The notes: generated by a model not told the origin, from the letters alone. A stretch of DNA of 64,000 nucleotides from Octopus vulgaris (GCA_951406725.2 OX597819.1:96658001-96722000); one strand, 5' to 3'; positions 25,620 through 39,387 are shown, numbered from the stretch's first letter. A program made the numbers and translations.

Positions 25620-25930
25620 TAGTCAAGCAAATCGACCCCAGGACTTATTCTTTGTAAGCCTAGTACATATTCTATCGGTCTCTTTTGCCGAACCGCTAAG
25701 TTACGGGGACGTAAACACACCAACATCGGTTGTCAAGCGATGTTGGGGGGACAAACCCAGACATACAAACACACACATACATATATACACATATACGACG
25801 GGCTTCTTTCAGTTTCCGTCTGCCAAATCCACTCACAAGGCTTTGGTCGGCCCGAGGCTACAGTAGAAGACACTTGCCCAAAGTGCCACGAAGTGGGACT
25901 GAACCCAGAACCATGTGGTTGGTAAGCAAC
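25620..25930 (-). mobile_element. SINE family B, truncated at both ends
   Basis: Reverse complement of the 18063 element, with a short internal microsatellite at about 25760-25795. Confidence 0.9.
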
Positions 25931-26224
25931 CCATATTATTAGTTAGTATCTATTGTATTTAAATAAGCTGCTTCAGTCTTGTTTTCTTCTTGGATTTATT
26001 TCAGTTTACCATTTCTAAACCATGCTTCTGGTTTAGAAATGACGAGCGCATTGGATAATGTGGCCTCAAGTAAAATAGACGAGATGGTCATCGCTAGACT
26101 CTCTTTGGTGATAGGAATAATATTAACCAGGGATTGAATAACGGCAACAACTACAAAAATAGACGGTATGGTCACGCATAGCATAACTGTAATCATAGGT
26201 TTGCTTGATTAGAGCTGAGATGAG

Positions 26225-26689
26225 GTCAGACAATACCAGGAATAGCAGTAACAACAACAACGACGACAACACTATCGCTGTCATCGTCGTCGTCGTCGAC
26301 GTCATCATCATCATCATCATCATCATCATCAATAACAACAGCAACAGCTACAACATCGTCATAAAATGTATTGCATACGAAGTCAGAGATGAGGATGCGA
26401 TTCGAAATCTGTGCGCAGTTAGTTCAGCACATCAACGCTTGTGGTTGTGTAGATCCGTAGATTTAATACGAACCCTCGGCTCTTCCGAGGAGAGGCCAGC
26501 TTTTCATTTATTCCAATATTATGACTCAACATCAGCATCACCACTATCACTACCATCCTCATCACAAGCTCCATTGCTATCACACTGCCGCCTCCACCAC
26601 CAGCGCTATCATCATCAGCTGCTGCATCTATATTATAAACATCGACATTGTTAGCTACTAACTGCAATATCAACCACAGCAACCAACTT

Positions 26690-26756
<67 letters not shown>

Positions 26757-26795
26757 GGCGACAGCAACTGCAGCAGCAGCAACAACAACAACAAT
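26225..26795. repeat. Trinucleotide-repeat field ((AAC),(CAT),(CAC),(CTA)n)
   Basis: Directly visible; pure (CTA)n at about 26690-26755 and a unique island at 26365-26520. Confidence 0.85.
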
Positions 26796-27479
26796 AGCAT
26801 TAATCTTCTGAATCTAATTTTATAGGACAGCAAGAAATCTGGTCTTTGAAGTGGTCGTTAAATGAGTTAATTATATCCAATATTTTGTCTATTGATTGTT
26901 TGAAAGTATTTTTATAGTTTGGTAGGGTGGAATAATTACTTAGAATAGCGACATCTATTCAATTAATCTGCTCAGAACTGCATCAGCCGCCTCCCCACCC
27001 CCCACTACACTTTCAAAACATGCTGAACGTTACTGCTTTTATATTCCTTTGATGTATGGCAATGACCATTTCTTTGAGGTCAAACAGCCCCAAAACTCTA
27101 AACAACCATTCTACTGTTTGTTTAGTTTTGCTTGCTTTGCAACACTGGCACCGTTCAAGGTCGACTGATGACGATCTTCGACCTTAATCTAAATACAAGT
27201 TTTAGAGATTATCTAAACTGAACGATAAAATCTCTTTTCAGTGGAAGAGAGGAATAGAAGATGAGTAACTTTTGAAGAGAAAACACACCAAGTACTGAAG
27301 TAACTTGCGTAGTGGACTTAATTCATCATCCTATTCAACAGCTCACTAACTCTCCTCTCCCCCAGAGTATTTTTGTTGGTGTCCACTCTATTTCTTGAAT
27401 ATTCAGACCCAGTCTTTAAACGGAGGAAAACTTCAAACGCCTTGAAAGGGTCATTTCAATACCCTCTTCTGATTAAGTC

Positions 27480-28470
27480 ATTCAAATTTCAAAAATACAT
27501 AGAAGAAAATCATTAGCTATTGTTCACGTACATTGACTACCATCGATCGCGTTCTCGTTCTTTCTTCTCGATCTTTCTTGGCTTTCACTGCATTTTAAGT
27601 CTTTGTAATTCTTGATATTTTCCATCCATGAAATTCGTGGTTCCCCTCTTTCTCTTTTCCCATTAATTTTACCTTCCATCAACAGATTCTGTAAACCACT
27701 TTTTTTCATTTAGATATCCAAAATAAATTTTGTTTTCTCTCTTTCTCCTATAGAATTTTCTCTGCTTTTGTTATTCTTTGTCTTCTATATGGCCACATCT
27801 CAAAAGCTCCTAATCGATTTGATAATACTTTTGCTAATTTCTATGTTTCAGCTCCATATATAATAACATTTTAATAATTTTTTTTCTTTCTTTTTTTTCG
27901 GTTTCATTATTAATGTTTCATGATGTTTGACATTTTTTTTAATGACTTTCTCTCTACCTCAGTTCTTCGTTTGATTTTTGATTCACGTTTTCAGATTGAA
28001 TATATTCCAAGTATATTAGCTTTGGTGTCTATTTAATTGATTTCCCCCTCAAATGTAATATTACTTCGGATGAGTGTGGTTTGTTGCGGATTAACATTGA
28101 TCATTTACTTACATTCACTTCTTTTCCATAGGACATTGTCATTTAAAAGGGTCTATAGATCAACTCTTTTGAATGTTAATAAGGCAGTATTATCTACGTA
28201 TGTAAAGTTGTTGATGTTCATATCTCTTGTTGACACTCTGGGTATTTTTTCAGATCTGAAGGTCTCAGTATATAATTCAAATAGGCAAGGGGATAGTACA
28301 TACATTGTCGGACTCCTTTCTTGATTTTGAATAATGTGCTTTTTCGCTCAATCAATTCTTACCGTTGCTCTTTGTCTCCAGTCCTTTCTTGTTATTATTT
28401 GAGTATCTGTATCACATGCTTTAAATTCTGATAAACATTCGATCCAAATTAATGGTACCAAATTAAGCCA
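27480..28470 (-). mobile_element. Decayed RTE-clade LINE, RT to C-terminus
   Basis: IKKGVRQ..VLSPCLFELYTE, INNFTYVDNTALL (YADD region) and LQNLLMEGKINGKRERGEPRISWMENIK (RTE C-terminal GKR.RGRP motif). Confidence 0.9.
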
Positions 28471-28554
28471 CATTCTCGACAATTCGGCATATTTGTAGCA
28501 TGCACATATGTGTGAATGTATGTCTATGTATATCACACATGTATGCGTATATAT

Positions 28555-29575
28555 ATATCACGGAATTTTGTCAGTGAACAGGTCACGATCTCAAAGCGAC
28601 GAAAATATTTTGGCAAATTAAATTTAAATGTTGTGGTGAATCTAACGGTTTTTGTGCATTTCTTAAATGGCTTATAAACACCTTCCACGCTGCAATTGTT
28701 TATATATATATCGTCTATCTGGATGTTTTGTTGTCCCTTTTTTGTATCACGTAACTATGATGTTTTGCGTTCTTGTCCCATTTTTGTATTTTATATATAT
28801 ATAATATAGCAGCGTACGTACACTTTGGTTTCTTATATGTAAGTATATATATATATATCTATATTTTGTACGACTCTATTATTCTTTCATTCTTTCCTTC
28901 TTTCTATCAACCATTTCACACTTCGTTCATTCCACTCTTCGTTCTCTTGTTCCCCCTCTCTCACATTTCCTAGCTTTCTCTTCATACTTACTTTCTCTCC
29001 TCTTTTACTTCACTGTGTCTCTTTCATTTTTTCTCGCCCTCCTTAATTCTTCTATCCCTCTGCCTCTACTTCTCGCTCTTCTCTCCCCACGTGGACGGTG
29101 TTTGGCCAGGCATGACCTTTCTTTCTTGGTTCGACTACCATCCGTGCAGCATCTGTATTCCTTCCTGTGTCTGTTAAGTCTTATGTCCCTGCCGTAAGGT
29201 TTTACTTTCACACATGCCAGCTTAATTTAATTCGTTCTTAGTCGAAAGACTCTTGTTGTTATGTCCTGTTAATTGCATTTGGATTGTGTAACATTTCTCT
29301 GTTTTTTCCGCCCTTATTTTCGTATACATTCGCCGCTTTCTTCCAAGGAATCTAATGCTCTTAGCTTGGGTTTTCCATGGGGCTGGCCAGATTGGAGCAA
29401 TCTCGAGTATAACCAACCGAAATTGCAAAGATAATCTGGAACTGGACTGAGGATAGCAAACTCCGAATGACCCGTCCTTATTTTCTTTGTATCGTCTGTC
29501 TGGATATTTTGTTGTCCCTTTTTTGTATCACCTAACTGTCTGGATGTTTTGAATTCTTGTCCCTCTTTCGTATTA
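28555..29575. mobile_element. Unclassified element with ~85-bp direct repeats
   Basis: tatcgtctatctggatgttttgttgtcccttttttgtatcac..ttcttgtccc at 28709-28795 recurs at 29490-29575. Confidence 0.55.
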
Positions 29576-29689
29576 TATATATATATATATGATAACCTAA
29601 GTTTAATTTCATGAAATATGCATCGGTTATCGCATATAGGTGATATACTTGCACCCCTATCCCGTTTTGGCATCAGGTATTTTGTGATT

Positions 29690-31114
29690 ATTTCTTGCTC
29701 CTATATTGCAAATATATATTCTTCAAAGTGAGACCTAATATCTAGATTGGTATCCTCGGATAGACAAATCTGTTTATCAAAATTGCTATCAATCTGAAGC
29801 ATCCTGGAAATATAACCATGCATAAGCCTTTATTGGTATATAGGAAGCTTCTCTTCTGATGACTTGTGAGAGAGCTGAGCAGCTTTTCTGGGTGTGTGAC
29901 TCTGGTCATCATTAAGGGAATATTTTCTGAGAAGCCCTCATCCAACCATCATAGTGTTAAAGGCCTCACATGTGCAGACTTGGTCCTCAGCAGAATTTTG
30001 ACTTTTGAAAGTTAGTAGATGTTGTCGAAGGGATATGTTGTGACATTCGATGTTAAGCCTGTACCGCCTTGTTTTTGTTTTAAATAAAAGTGATCTACAT
30101 CATTGTTAAGATGAAAATTATTTGTACAGATTAAGAATTTAAAGGCTTTAACACCAATCTAGCGTCCAGTTTCATCTAGCGTCAAATCGAGTAGCCCAGG
30201 TATTAGTACGAACACTGGAATAGCAAAGACATTGAGGGCTATCGATTTGCTGTATGCAGAAAATTCTGAGATCCCATATTTTCTTTACCCTGGTCTGTAT
30301 TCCCTTGTTACGTTTTTCTTGTTACAAGTTTCATCATGGGATATATTTAGATCTATCTTTATGCACCTATAGCAGGCATCATCATATATTGGAGAAATAG
30401 TCAAGGCATTTTTCGAATGGTTTGCAGTTCTTAGTTTCGCAACAACCACTCTAGTGCATTTAAGCTGTCTAATCTCCATCCCTATATATGTTGAGAATAC
30501 TTCAACCAGGCTAAGGGTTTTCTTCACATCTTCTACATACTTAGCATATATTTTCAGGTCATCCTTACAGAAGTAGTGTTTTAGATTGGTGTTTTTATCT
30601 TCCCGTGAACTAATCACATATTTTTCAGATTTGCTTAACAAAAAGGGTAGGAATACAGTGAAAAATTTAACATCATCGCCGATGAACTGTCCCTTTGTAA
30701 TATTCTTCTGCGATATTGATTATCAATGACAAGGAACCATTTCCTATACTGACGTTCAGAATGGTGGCCAAGACAAAACCAGATTGTCCTATGACCATGA
30801 TAGTAGATCCTACATCCACAAAAGAGAACAAAATTAAATGCTTTCTTGTAATCCAGCAAGACTGTGAACAAGTTTCTCCTTTACCTTGCACCATTTGACA
30901 TAGTTTATACATACACATACATACATACATACATACATACATACGTACATGCATGCATGCATGCATACATACATACATACATACATACATACATACATAC
31001 ATACATACATGCATACATACATTATATAGTTATACATATAAGCGAATGTGTCAATCTATCTACCTATATATCTACGCATGGTCAAAGCCTTTAGGTGGAA
31101 ACGCATAAAATATT

Positions 31115-31148
<34 letters not shown>

Positions 31149-31600
31149 TGCATATGTGTGTGTGCGTGTGCACATGCGCGTAATCAATAGTTGTTCAACA
31201 TGTATCCAAACTCCTTTCTTTCCATCTGCTTGTTCAAATCTGATTATATTGGTATCACGATGATCTTTGGGGAATAGGCTCAGATACGGCGTATACATTT
31301 TATACACGAGAGCCTGGTATGCAACTGGTCGGTAGCTTCATGTCATGTGAGTGGCATTGTTTTTAGGTATTAGTTGGTTTCTACCAGCACTAAACCCACT
31401 TGGTACCATTATGTCTCAACCGAAAGCTTGCTGGTAAATTTCAGAAAGCTACCGCCAATAAAAGCCTTTTCTTGTCAGTGTTCGACTATCAAGTCTCTTC
31501 CTGGTGCTTCCTATCTTGAAGTTTTTAATCTCAGCCTCAAGGATCCCACCATTAATGTGTGCTTTTTGTTTAATACAGAAGCAGTATTTGTTTTGGATTT
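29690..31600 (-). mobile_element. Decayed R4/Dong-type non-LTR RT, interrupted by microsatellites (30905-31180)
   Basis: Collinear APGRDLI, GRNQLIPKN..SYRPVA..YKMYT, EQADGKKGVW..EQLLI, LDYKKAFN, RRILQRDS, HYFCKDDLKIYAK, IGMEI, NKKNVTREY and ALNVFAIPV. Confidence 0.9.
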
Positions 31601-32089
31601 TTAAATGTTTTTAAACATGTATGTGTATTTGTATGGTTTATGAAAGTATATATATGTGAACATTTTTATAAACAAACTTAGAAGCATCGAGTGGGTTGGT
31701 ATTTTAAAGAAAAGAATTTCGGACGCAGACTAGCTGTGAAAACAACCTAGAAAGTTTGGGTAAATAACCTCTTGAAGACTAAAAAAAGTTGCCAGCAGGT
31801 GGCATGTGTGAACATATATATGTATGTATGCCTGCATGATGAATGCGTATGAGTGTATGTATGCTTGTATGTGTATATGTATCTATGCTTGCATGCGTGT
31901 ATCACATGCCGATGTATATCGGTATATGGTGTATATATACTGGTAAATAAATATATCATAAAAACTTTTGTACATCAGCGAGAAAAGCCACGATCCAGTG
32001 CTTAAAGAACGAAATGCCTTGATTTGCACCGAGTTGCAACGACGCACCAACAACGATCGCTAGTTTGAAGTAATTAACATAGTTTAATA

Positions 32090-33250
32090 ACGACTATCAT
32101 TGCAACAAGAGAAACAACAACAACAAGAGAAACAACAACAGCAACAATCAACAATAAAACAAAAAAATCCAGCAATCCAGCATTACCATCACTATCAACA
32201 AACACACCGCCATTACAAATATTACGCACACCAGGCCGCCATTTACAACATCGCTCCATCACAAACAGTCCTACATTGGCATCGCTGTAAATATTAGGGT
32301 AATTAAAAGTAGGAAAGAGGAATAGTATCGTCACCGCCATTTAATACTACTACTACAAAAATCACAAATACTAACAGCATCACCACTAACGCCACTACCG
32401 CTAACACCATAACCACAAATACCACCACTGCTTACACCACCACCACTACTGATAACACCACTAATAGCACCACCGCTAAAACTCCCAAGACTGAAACCAC
32501 GACTACCGCCAACACCAACACCACTAACACAAGCACCGCTAATACAACCCCCACCACTAACACCACTTCCAGTAACACCACCACCACTAACACCACCACC
32601 ACCACTAACACCACCACCACTAACACCACCCCCACTAACACCACCACCTCTAACACCAACACTAACATCCTCACCGCTAATACGATTACCACTAAAACGA
32701 CTACCACTAACACCACCTCCACTAACACCACTAACACCACCACCACTAACACCACCACCACCACCACTACCACCACCACTAATACCACCACCGCAAACCC
32801 TAGCACCACTAACATCATTACTGTCACTAACACCATTGCCACACTACCAATAACAACACTAGCAACAGCAAACATCCGCAGCCCTTCCACCATCACTTCC
32901 AGATCCATACCGGTTGTTAAAATGAAAACATATATACCATCATCATGAATAAGATCACATCCACAACAGTAAACATCATGATCATCATCACGAATACCAT
33001 TGCAAACATCATCATCACCATCACCACCACCACCACCACCACCACCACCACCACCACCACCGTCATAACCATCAATACAATCGCCATTTTCGTCATCGTC
33101 ATAACCATCACTACTACCGCTACCATCACCATCACAAGAACTACAACCTACATAAGATTATTTGCCATTAACGCAATCACGACCATTAAAAATATGAACA
33201 CATCGCCACCACTAACACCATCACCATTGTCACCATCACCACCACCTTCA
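32090..33250. repeat. Degenerate (ACC)/(ACT)/(AAC)/(ATC) trinucleotide low-complexity region
   Basis: Directly visible. The + frame 32313-32948 is stop-free and Thr-rich. Confidence 0.85.
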
Positions 33251-33282
33251 TTCAGAATTGTAATATTGATGTTTCGTTTTAG

Positions 33283-33590
33283 AAGAGCGATGCCATTGAA
33301 AGAGAAGCCTAAAAGAGTGAGCCATGTTGAAGAATGTGGTAAAAGCATAGAGCAAGGTCGAATCCGAAAACAATGGGCTTCACCAAACGTTGAGTGGGAA
33401 AAATAACAGCCTTGCTGAGTTAGCAGTTTTAATGGCGCCCTCGCTGGAATATAACGATTCATTGGTTGATAAGAAGTGAAATATTAGACAATAGGAATTG
33501 TTTTTAATAGAAATTTGATTGAAAAACAACGACACAGCATAATTACTGGAAATAAATATAGAATTTGGAAATAAATAAAAATATTTCATT
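33283..33590 (+). other. Candidate terminal exon with polyadenylation signals
   Basis: tgtttcgttttag| acceptor, frame RAMPLKEKPKRVSHVEECGKSIEQGRIRKQWASPNVEWEK* ending at 33406, AATAAA at 33551 and 33570, then a GT/T-rich tract. Confidence 0.22.
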
Positions 33591-35209
33591 CAGTTGTTTT
33601 GCTTATTGTCTACTTTTTTTTCTTTTTTAATGTCTGGATATCTCCAAGTCGGTATTTCAATACAATTTACAGCAGAATACATTTGAATAGCAAAATCTTT
33701 AACTAAAACTCTAACATGCAAGAACTTCCGATATCTCTCCTCTTGCAAACATTTCTCCCACTATCACTACCACTACCACCCCTCACCCCCACCCCCACCC
33801 CCACCCCCACCGCCGCCATCATCTGTTATATTTTACGTCTCTGTTTTCTTTTCTCATTGTCTATTCTTCTTTCTTTCACTTGTTTTTTCTTCCTTTATAT
33901 TCCTATTGTTATTGTTTATAACTTTGTTTCTGTCTTTCTTTGTCTTGTAATATTTTTCTTTTCACCTTTCACGCGATATTTCTTCCTTCTTTCTTTCCCT
34001 GACTCTTTCTTTCCTAGACTCTTTTCTCTCTTTGTCTCTTTCTTTTTTCCTTTCCTTCCTTCTTTCTTTCTTTCTCTATTTCTTTCTTCTTTCCTTTCCT
34101 CCACCGTGTGTTTATTTTTCCACACAGCCTAGCCTTTCTCTATAACATGTCTTCTATTCAATTTTAGATAAATTCTTCACGGTCTTACGGTTCTCATGCT
34201 TTGTGGAAGGTCAAAGGTTGGCTTTCATTAAGAAACTCTATACACTAAAAGAGCACGAAGTAAAAGGAACAATCAAAATTTTATACACAGACAGACACCC
34301 CCACATCTGTCTATACATCCATGCATACATACATTCAAACATACATGCGTACACATACACACATTATCGCACACAGAGCGTAATTATATAGGGATAAAGG
34401 TACACACATATTTCTATACAAGGACGTATTTAAGTATATGTGTACATTGCGCACGATCGTGTGAGTAAGTCCATGATTTATAATTAATATATCTTACAGT
34501 ATGTACTAATGTAAAATGGTGAAATTAGGTGGAGAGCAGCAGTAATAGACTGCGTTATATACACACGATTTAATAGTCTCCTCGAAGAATCGAACCAAGA
34601 GCTCGATAATTTACATACCTTGTCACGTGTACGCTGTTTTGTTGACAGCCACGCTACAGAACCGTTTCTAAACCAGTCCTTGCAACTGTAAGCTAAGTAC
34701 GTCAATCTCACAACTTTTGTTTTCTCATAAAGTCAGCAATCTCAGTATTTTGTAAAAGGACAACGGATGGATTATAGGTTTCTGGTAGATTATGTATTAC
34801 AGAACAGTACCATATACTGTCTCATCACTTAATGTTTGAAATTTATCAATAGTGACTTCAGAGGGGGGGGTTCTGTCTAAAGTCGTTAAAATAAGTACCA
34901 GTAGTATTCGGAAACTATGAGATAACTGACTCGAGCGTATTACTAGTGGTTGTGTTACTTTATTTATGAAACAGTGAGCTATGGTAACGTGAAATTCTTA
35001 TGTAAAGAAAAGCAAAATGTTTTTTTGTTTTTAAACATTGTTTTCATGATGGAAACAACTGTAGAAAAAATGTGTCAGAACACTTTCACTACCTTCCGCA
35101 CTGATACTCTATATACACATAGTTGTTGTTCTTTTTTTTATTATTATTATATTATTATATTTGTTGCTGGCATCTTCTGGATGATCTTGTAGTTGCTGTA
35201 CTTGTTGTC

Positions 35210-35915
35210 ATTGTTGTTGTTTTTGACGTTGTGTGTCGTTGATGAAACAGATAAGCCATGAATGAGCAAATCACTCATCAAAGTGCTCCAGCAATCACCA
35301 TCTTATATTTCCAGACTACATTATCCAATCTCTCCTTCCTTTCCCTATAGTCTATCTAGGACGACATTATTTAATGTATCACATGCTTTATTCAGACATA
35401 CTTAGAACTACGTCATCCAAAGTACTTTTCCCCTTTTTAAGACGATTGGGTGTGATTTCAGGAAGATCTATTTCCTATTCTTAGCAAGTGGAGCATTCAC
35501 ATACAGGCTTCATCGTTTTAACAATATCTATGATTATGGTACGTTGGTCCTTCTCCACTTTAAACACAATCTTCGCACACTACCATTTAGCATTACTATC
35601 AATAACTAGGTTGTAATGCCCCAACCAAGATGACCCCAACCAAGTGATGACGTAATCAACAGTAAACGAGATTTCCACACGTCATCGACAAAGTTTCTAC
35701 TCGATTTCTATATCTATTAGAAATCGCAGCAATATATTTCTCATATCGCAATTAATTCCCACTTTGATGTTTATAAAGTGTAAGGGATTGATTGAAGAAT
35801 GTAGTCATATGTTGTTTGAATAAAGGACGGGGATGACATGGTTGGACTATCTTTCATTGATAGGTTTGTTCGATCATTGCCGGCCTAGAGTTAAATATCA
35901 ATAACGGCAACAACT
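35210..35915. mobile_element. Two family E copies in opposite orientation (35210-35520 -, 35780-35915 +)
   Basis: actacattatccaat..gggtgtgatttcaggaagat versus aatgtagtc..gggatgacatggttgga..cctagagttaaata. Confidence 0.55.
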
Positions 35916-36360
35916 AAGCTAAAAATGAGCCAACACTATCATCAGCCCTACTATTACACACACCATTACTACCATCACAGTATCACCACTACCACTTATA
36001 CAGCCGCAACTGCTAACACCTCACCAACACCATCGTAATCACTACTACAAATATATTCTCATCACACTTGAACCCTTCAAACCTATCTCGCCTTCTCCTT
36101 GCCCCTATCCATCTCTATGCTCCTTCGCCCTCACCGATTTCCTTACCTTCTTTTATATCTTCCAGTTCTTCCTTCCTTAATTCCATTCAATTCTTCTGTC
36201 TCTATCATACCACCAATCAGCAATACTGTCGGATATTTGACCTATTAGTTTTCACCTTTCACCTTTGACGTTTCGCATTTCAAAACATTGTTGCATTTTC
36301 TGATTACAGCTACAACTGTAGTATACACATATACATACAAATAGTATATATATTTACATG

Positions 36361-36401
<41 letters not shown>

Positions 36402-36473
36402 CTGTGTGTATGTATGTATGTGCGTGTGTGTGTGCATACGTATCTCTCTCTATATACATATATATATATAGAT

Positions 36474-36518
<45 letters not shown>

Positions 36519-36631
36519 TGTGTGGATGTATGTATATGTGTATATGTATTAATATTTATAAATGTATAGATGTATAAATGTATGTATATGCATGTGTGTG
36601 CACACATGTATAAGTATGAACGAATATACCC

Positions 36632-36670
<39 letters not shown>

Positions 36671-36732
36671 CTCATATATATATATATATGTTTATCTAGA
36701 TGCATGTATATGTGTATATGCACAAATGTGCC

Positions 36733-36769
<37 letters not shown>

Positions 36770-37429
36770 GTATGTATGTATATAGAGGCATAGTGTGTGT
36801 GTGAATGTACGTATAGATGGATGGGAGCTGAGAAAACCTACATGTCATACCACTTCAAGTTGACGTTTTGACATTATGACAAACAGATCAATCAATGTAT
36901 CTATCTATATATCTATCTATCCATCTATGCACACGTATACATACACACATATAAACACACACACACTCACGCAAACGCACCGCATAAATATACATATATA
37001 TATAGAGAGAGGGAGAGAGAGAGGGGGGGGGGAAGAGAGAGAGGGGTGGGGAGAGAGAGAGTTAGATAGATAGATAGATATTATGTATGTCAGTGTGCTT
37101 GTGATTACATGTGTATATTTATATGAATACGGTAGAAACTCACATACGCAGGATTACTTGAGAGAATTTATGGAAGCAGTAGATGAAAGTAAACTGATTA
37201 CAATGTGAAAACAACTACAAACTATGATAACCTCATTAAAATCAAATAATTGAAGTTTATTATGGATAATTTTGGAAAATAATTGATCCCAGTGTTACCA
37301 CACCAGTTGGTTTAGAGACCAAATTCAAAAAGTTACAGGGACAACATCGATTCTCCAGAACTTTGGTTCGAAACATATTCCAGGTTACGGATTTTTCTGA
37401 ACCAGGGCTGGTCACATTGGTCAATGCGC

Positions 37430-37604
37430 TCTATGGATGGTTGTGTGGTAAGAATCTTGATTCCCAACCACATAGATCAGGGTTCATTCCTGCTGTGAGG
37501 CGCCTTGGACAAGACTCTTCTACTATAGCCCCAGGCCGACCAAAGCTTTTTGAGTGGATCTGGTGGCCGGAAACTGAAAGAAGCCTGTCGTATATATACG
37601 TATA

Positions 37605-37669
<65 letters not shown>

Positions 37670-37678
37670 ATATACATA

Positions 37679-37722
<44 letters not shown>

Positions 37723-37955
37723 CGCACACATACATATATATCTGTGTGTGTGTGTGCATGTTGTTTGTCCCGCCACCACCGCTTGAAAACCGATACTGGT
37801 GTGTTTACATTCCCGTAACTTAGCGGTTCGGCAAAAGACCCTGATAGAATAAGTACCGGGCTTTCAAAAATAAGTCCTAGGGTCGAAATATTCGACTAAA
37901 AATTCTTTAAGGCGGTGCTCTAGCAGGGCCGCACTCTAATGACTGAAACAAGTAA
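37430..37955 (+). mobile_element. SINE family B with long internal (TA)n
   Basis: tggttgtgtggtaagaatcttg..ttctactatagcccc..gaagcctgtcg, then microsatellite, then ccgtaacttagcggttcggcaaaag..atgactgaaacaagtaaa. Confidence 0.9.
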
Positions 37956-38309
37956 ACACTCATTAAACGAAATACCTGTACCTGTACATAAATAGAAATG
38001 ATACAAGTTTATTACAACTGTACCTTGCAAGGTACTAGTAAACTAGTCTGAAGACCGCGAGAATTTGAAGTTCCTGCTCGTAAAATTGGTGTGAATCAGA
38101 TGTGGACCTTCCGCATCTGAAGGTCGATGCTTTATTTGTATTATACTGGAAACTTGTGTTTATTAAGCAACAGTAGCAGCAATAACATTCAATAACCTGA
38201 TAAACAGACCAGAATCAGGACCTGAATGACAGACGGAAATAACAAAAAAAGAGAGAACTATACTGGAGACGCCGAAACTTTTCTTGATTTCTAATAGCCC
38301 TTACATCCG

Positions 38310-38387
38310 GTAATTATATGATTTATGTTTAAAACTTATACTTTATTTTCGCTTAAAGACCGAACAAACGTTTTGGACAACCCAATA
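38310..38387 (+). mobile_element. Mariner right-end fragment
   Basis: accgaacaaacgttttggacaacccaa|ta resembles the mariner TIR (ttgggttggccaaaaagtt.. on the other strand). Confidence 0.55.
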
Positions 38388-38739
38388 CAACTTCAGTATC
38401 ATCGACTGGCAGTTAAGTGAATTGAAGTGAGATTAGAAAAAGGAACAGAAAACAACAGGTTCCTAAAATTCAAAGCTCATATTGAAGAGTGTACTTGCCG
38501 AACAGAGTTTGATATAAATAGAAAACGATTATAAAGTAACAATACTAGGACTAGAAGCAAATAAAGGGAAACAGATGAATGTAATAAAGAATCATAACAA
38601 AATGAAGCATATTAAAGTAAAACTAAAATATAGACCGGAAGTAAATGACACTCAAAAATTAATATATTGTCAAAACAGAAAAAGTACAAAATTATCCAAA
38701 AAACGGAACCCGCAAATAATATGAATAAATAACAACACG

Positions 38740-38775
<36 letters not shown>

Positions 38776-38787
38776 ACACACACACGT

Positions 38788-39354
38788 TGACAGATAGTAC
38801 TGACTGGCGTCGCTTTTGCTAAAAATGAGAGTTACGATAACTCAAAAAGCCACAAACGCAGTCTTAATGACTGACAAAGGGAGGTAAGTCCCCAGCGTAC
38901 ATGGTCGAATCGCGATTTCGAATTTTGATGAGGACCATCTTAATCTTCATCAGCGACTCTTAACGCCTAGGATTAAACCCAACTACCTCTGTCAGTCTTA
39001 TAAGAAAAGATGAGCTGATTTTCAAAACGGCAAAAGTGCAAACAACAAATAAAAAAGCGTGGCTTATTAGCAATTTGAACCTAAAGACAAAATTAACAGA
39101 GGTCACAAAAGTGACAGAAGCATTAAGAGTCGCTGATAAGGATTAAGATGGTCTGCATAAAAATCCGAAATCACGATCCGACTATGTACGCTGGTGACTT
39201 ACCTCCCTTTGCAATCATTAACACAGTGCCTTTTTGTGGCTTTTTGAGATGGTTTTAACTCTTATTTTTAGCGAAAGCAGTGCTAGTCAGTCTGTCACTG
39301 TTGTGATGTCTATTAATTTATTTTTAGGTTATAATTGCTAATAAGCCACCCTTT
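38788..39354. mobile_element. MITE-like element(s) forming an interleaved inverted repeat A-B-A'-B'
   Basis: A 38800-38966 pairs with A' 39120-39290; B 39053-39118 pairs with B' 39291-39354. Confidence 0.85.
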
Positions 39355-39387
39355 TATATATATATATATATATATATATAAACAAAG

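Noticed and set aside
27157-27185. Hammerhead-like ctgatga within an 8-bp hairpin
   Set aside because: The required GAAA is absent (cgacc) and no other stems are evident.
33433-33447. CTCF-like gcgccctcgctgg
   Set aside because: One base short of the core spacing, and the conserved A of the AG pair is missing.
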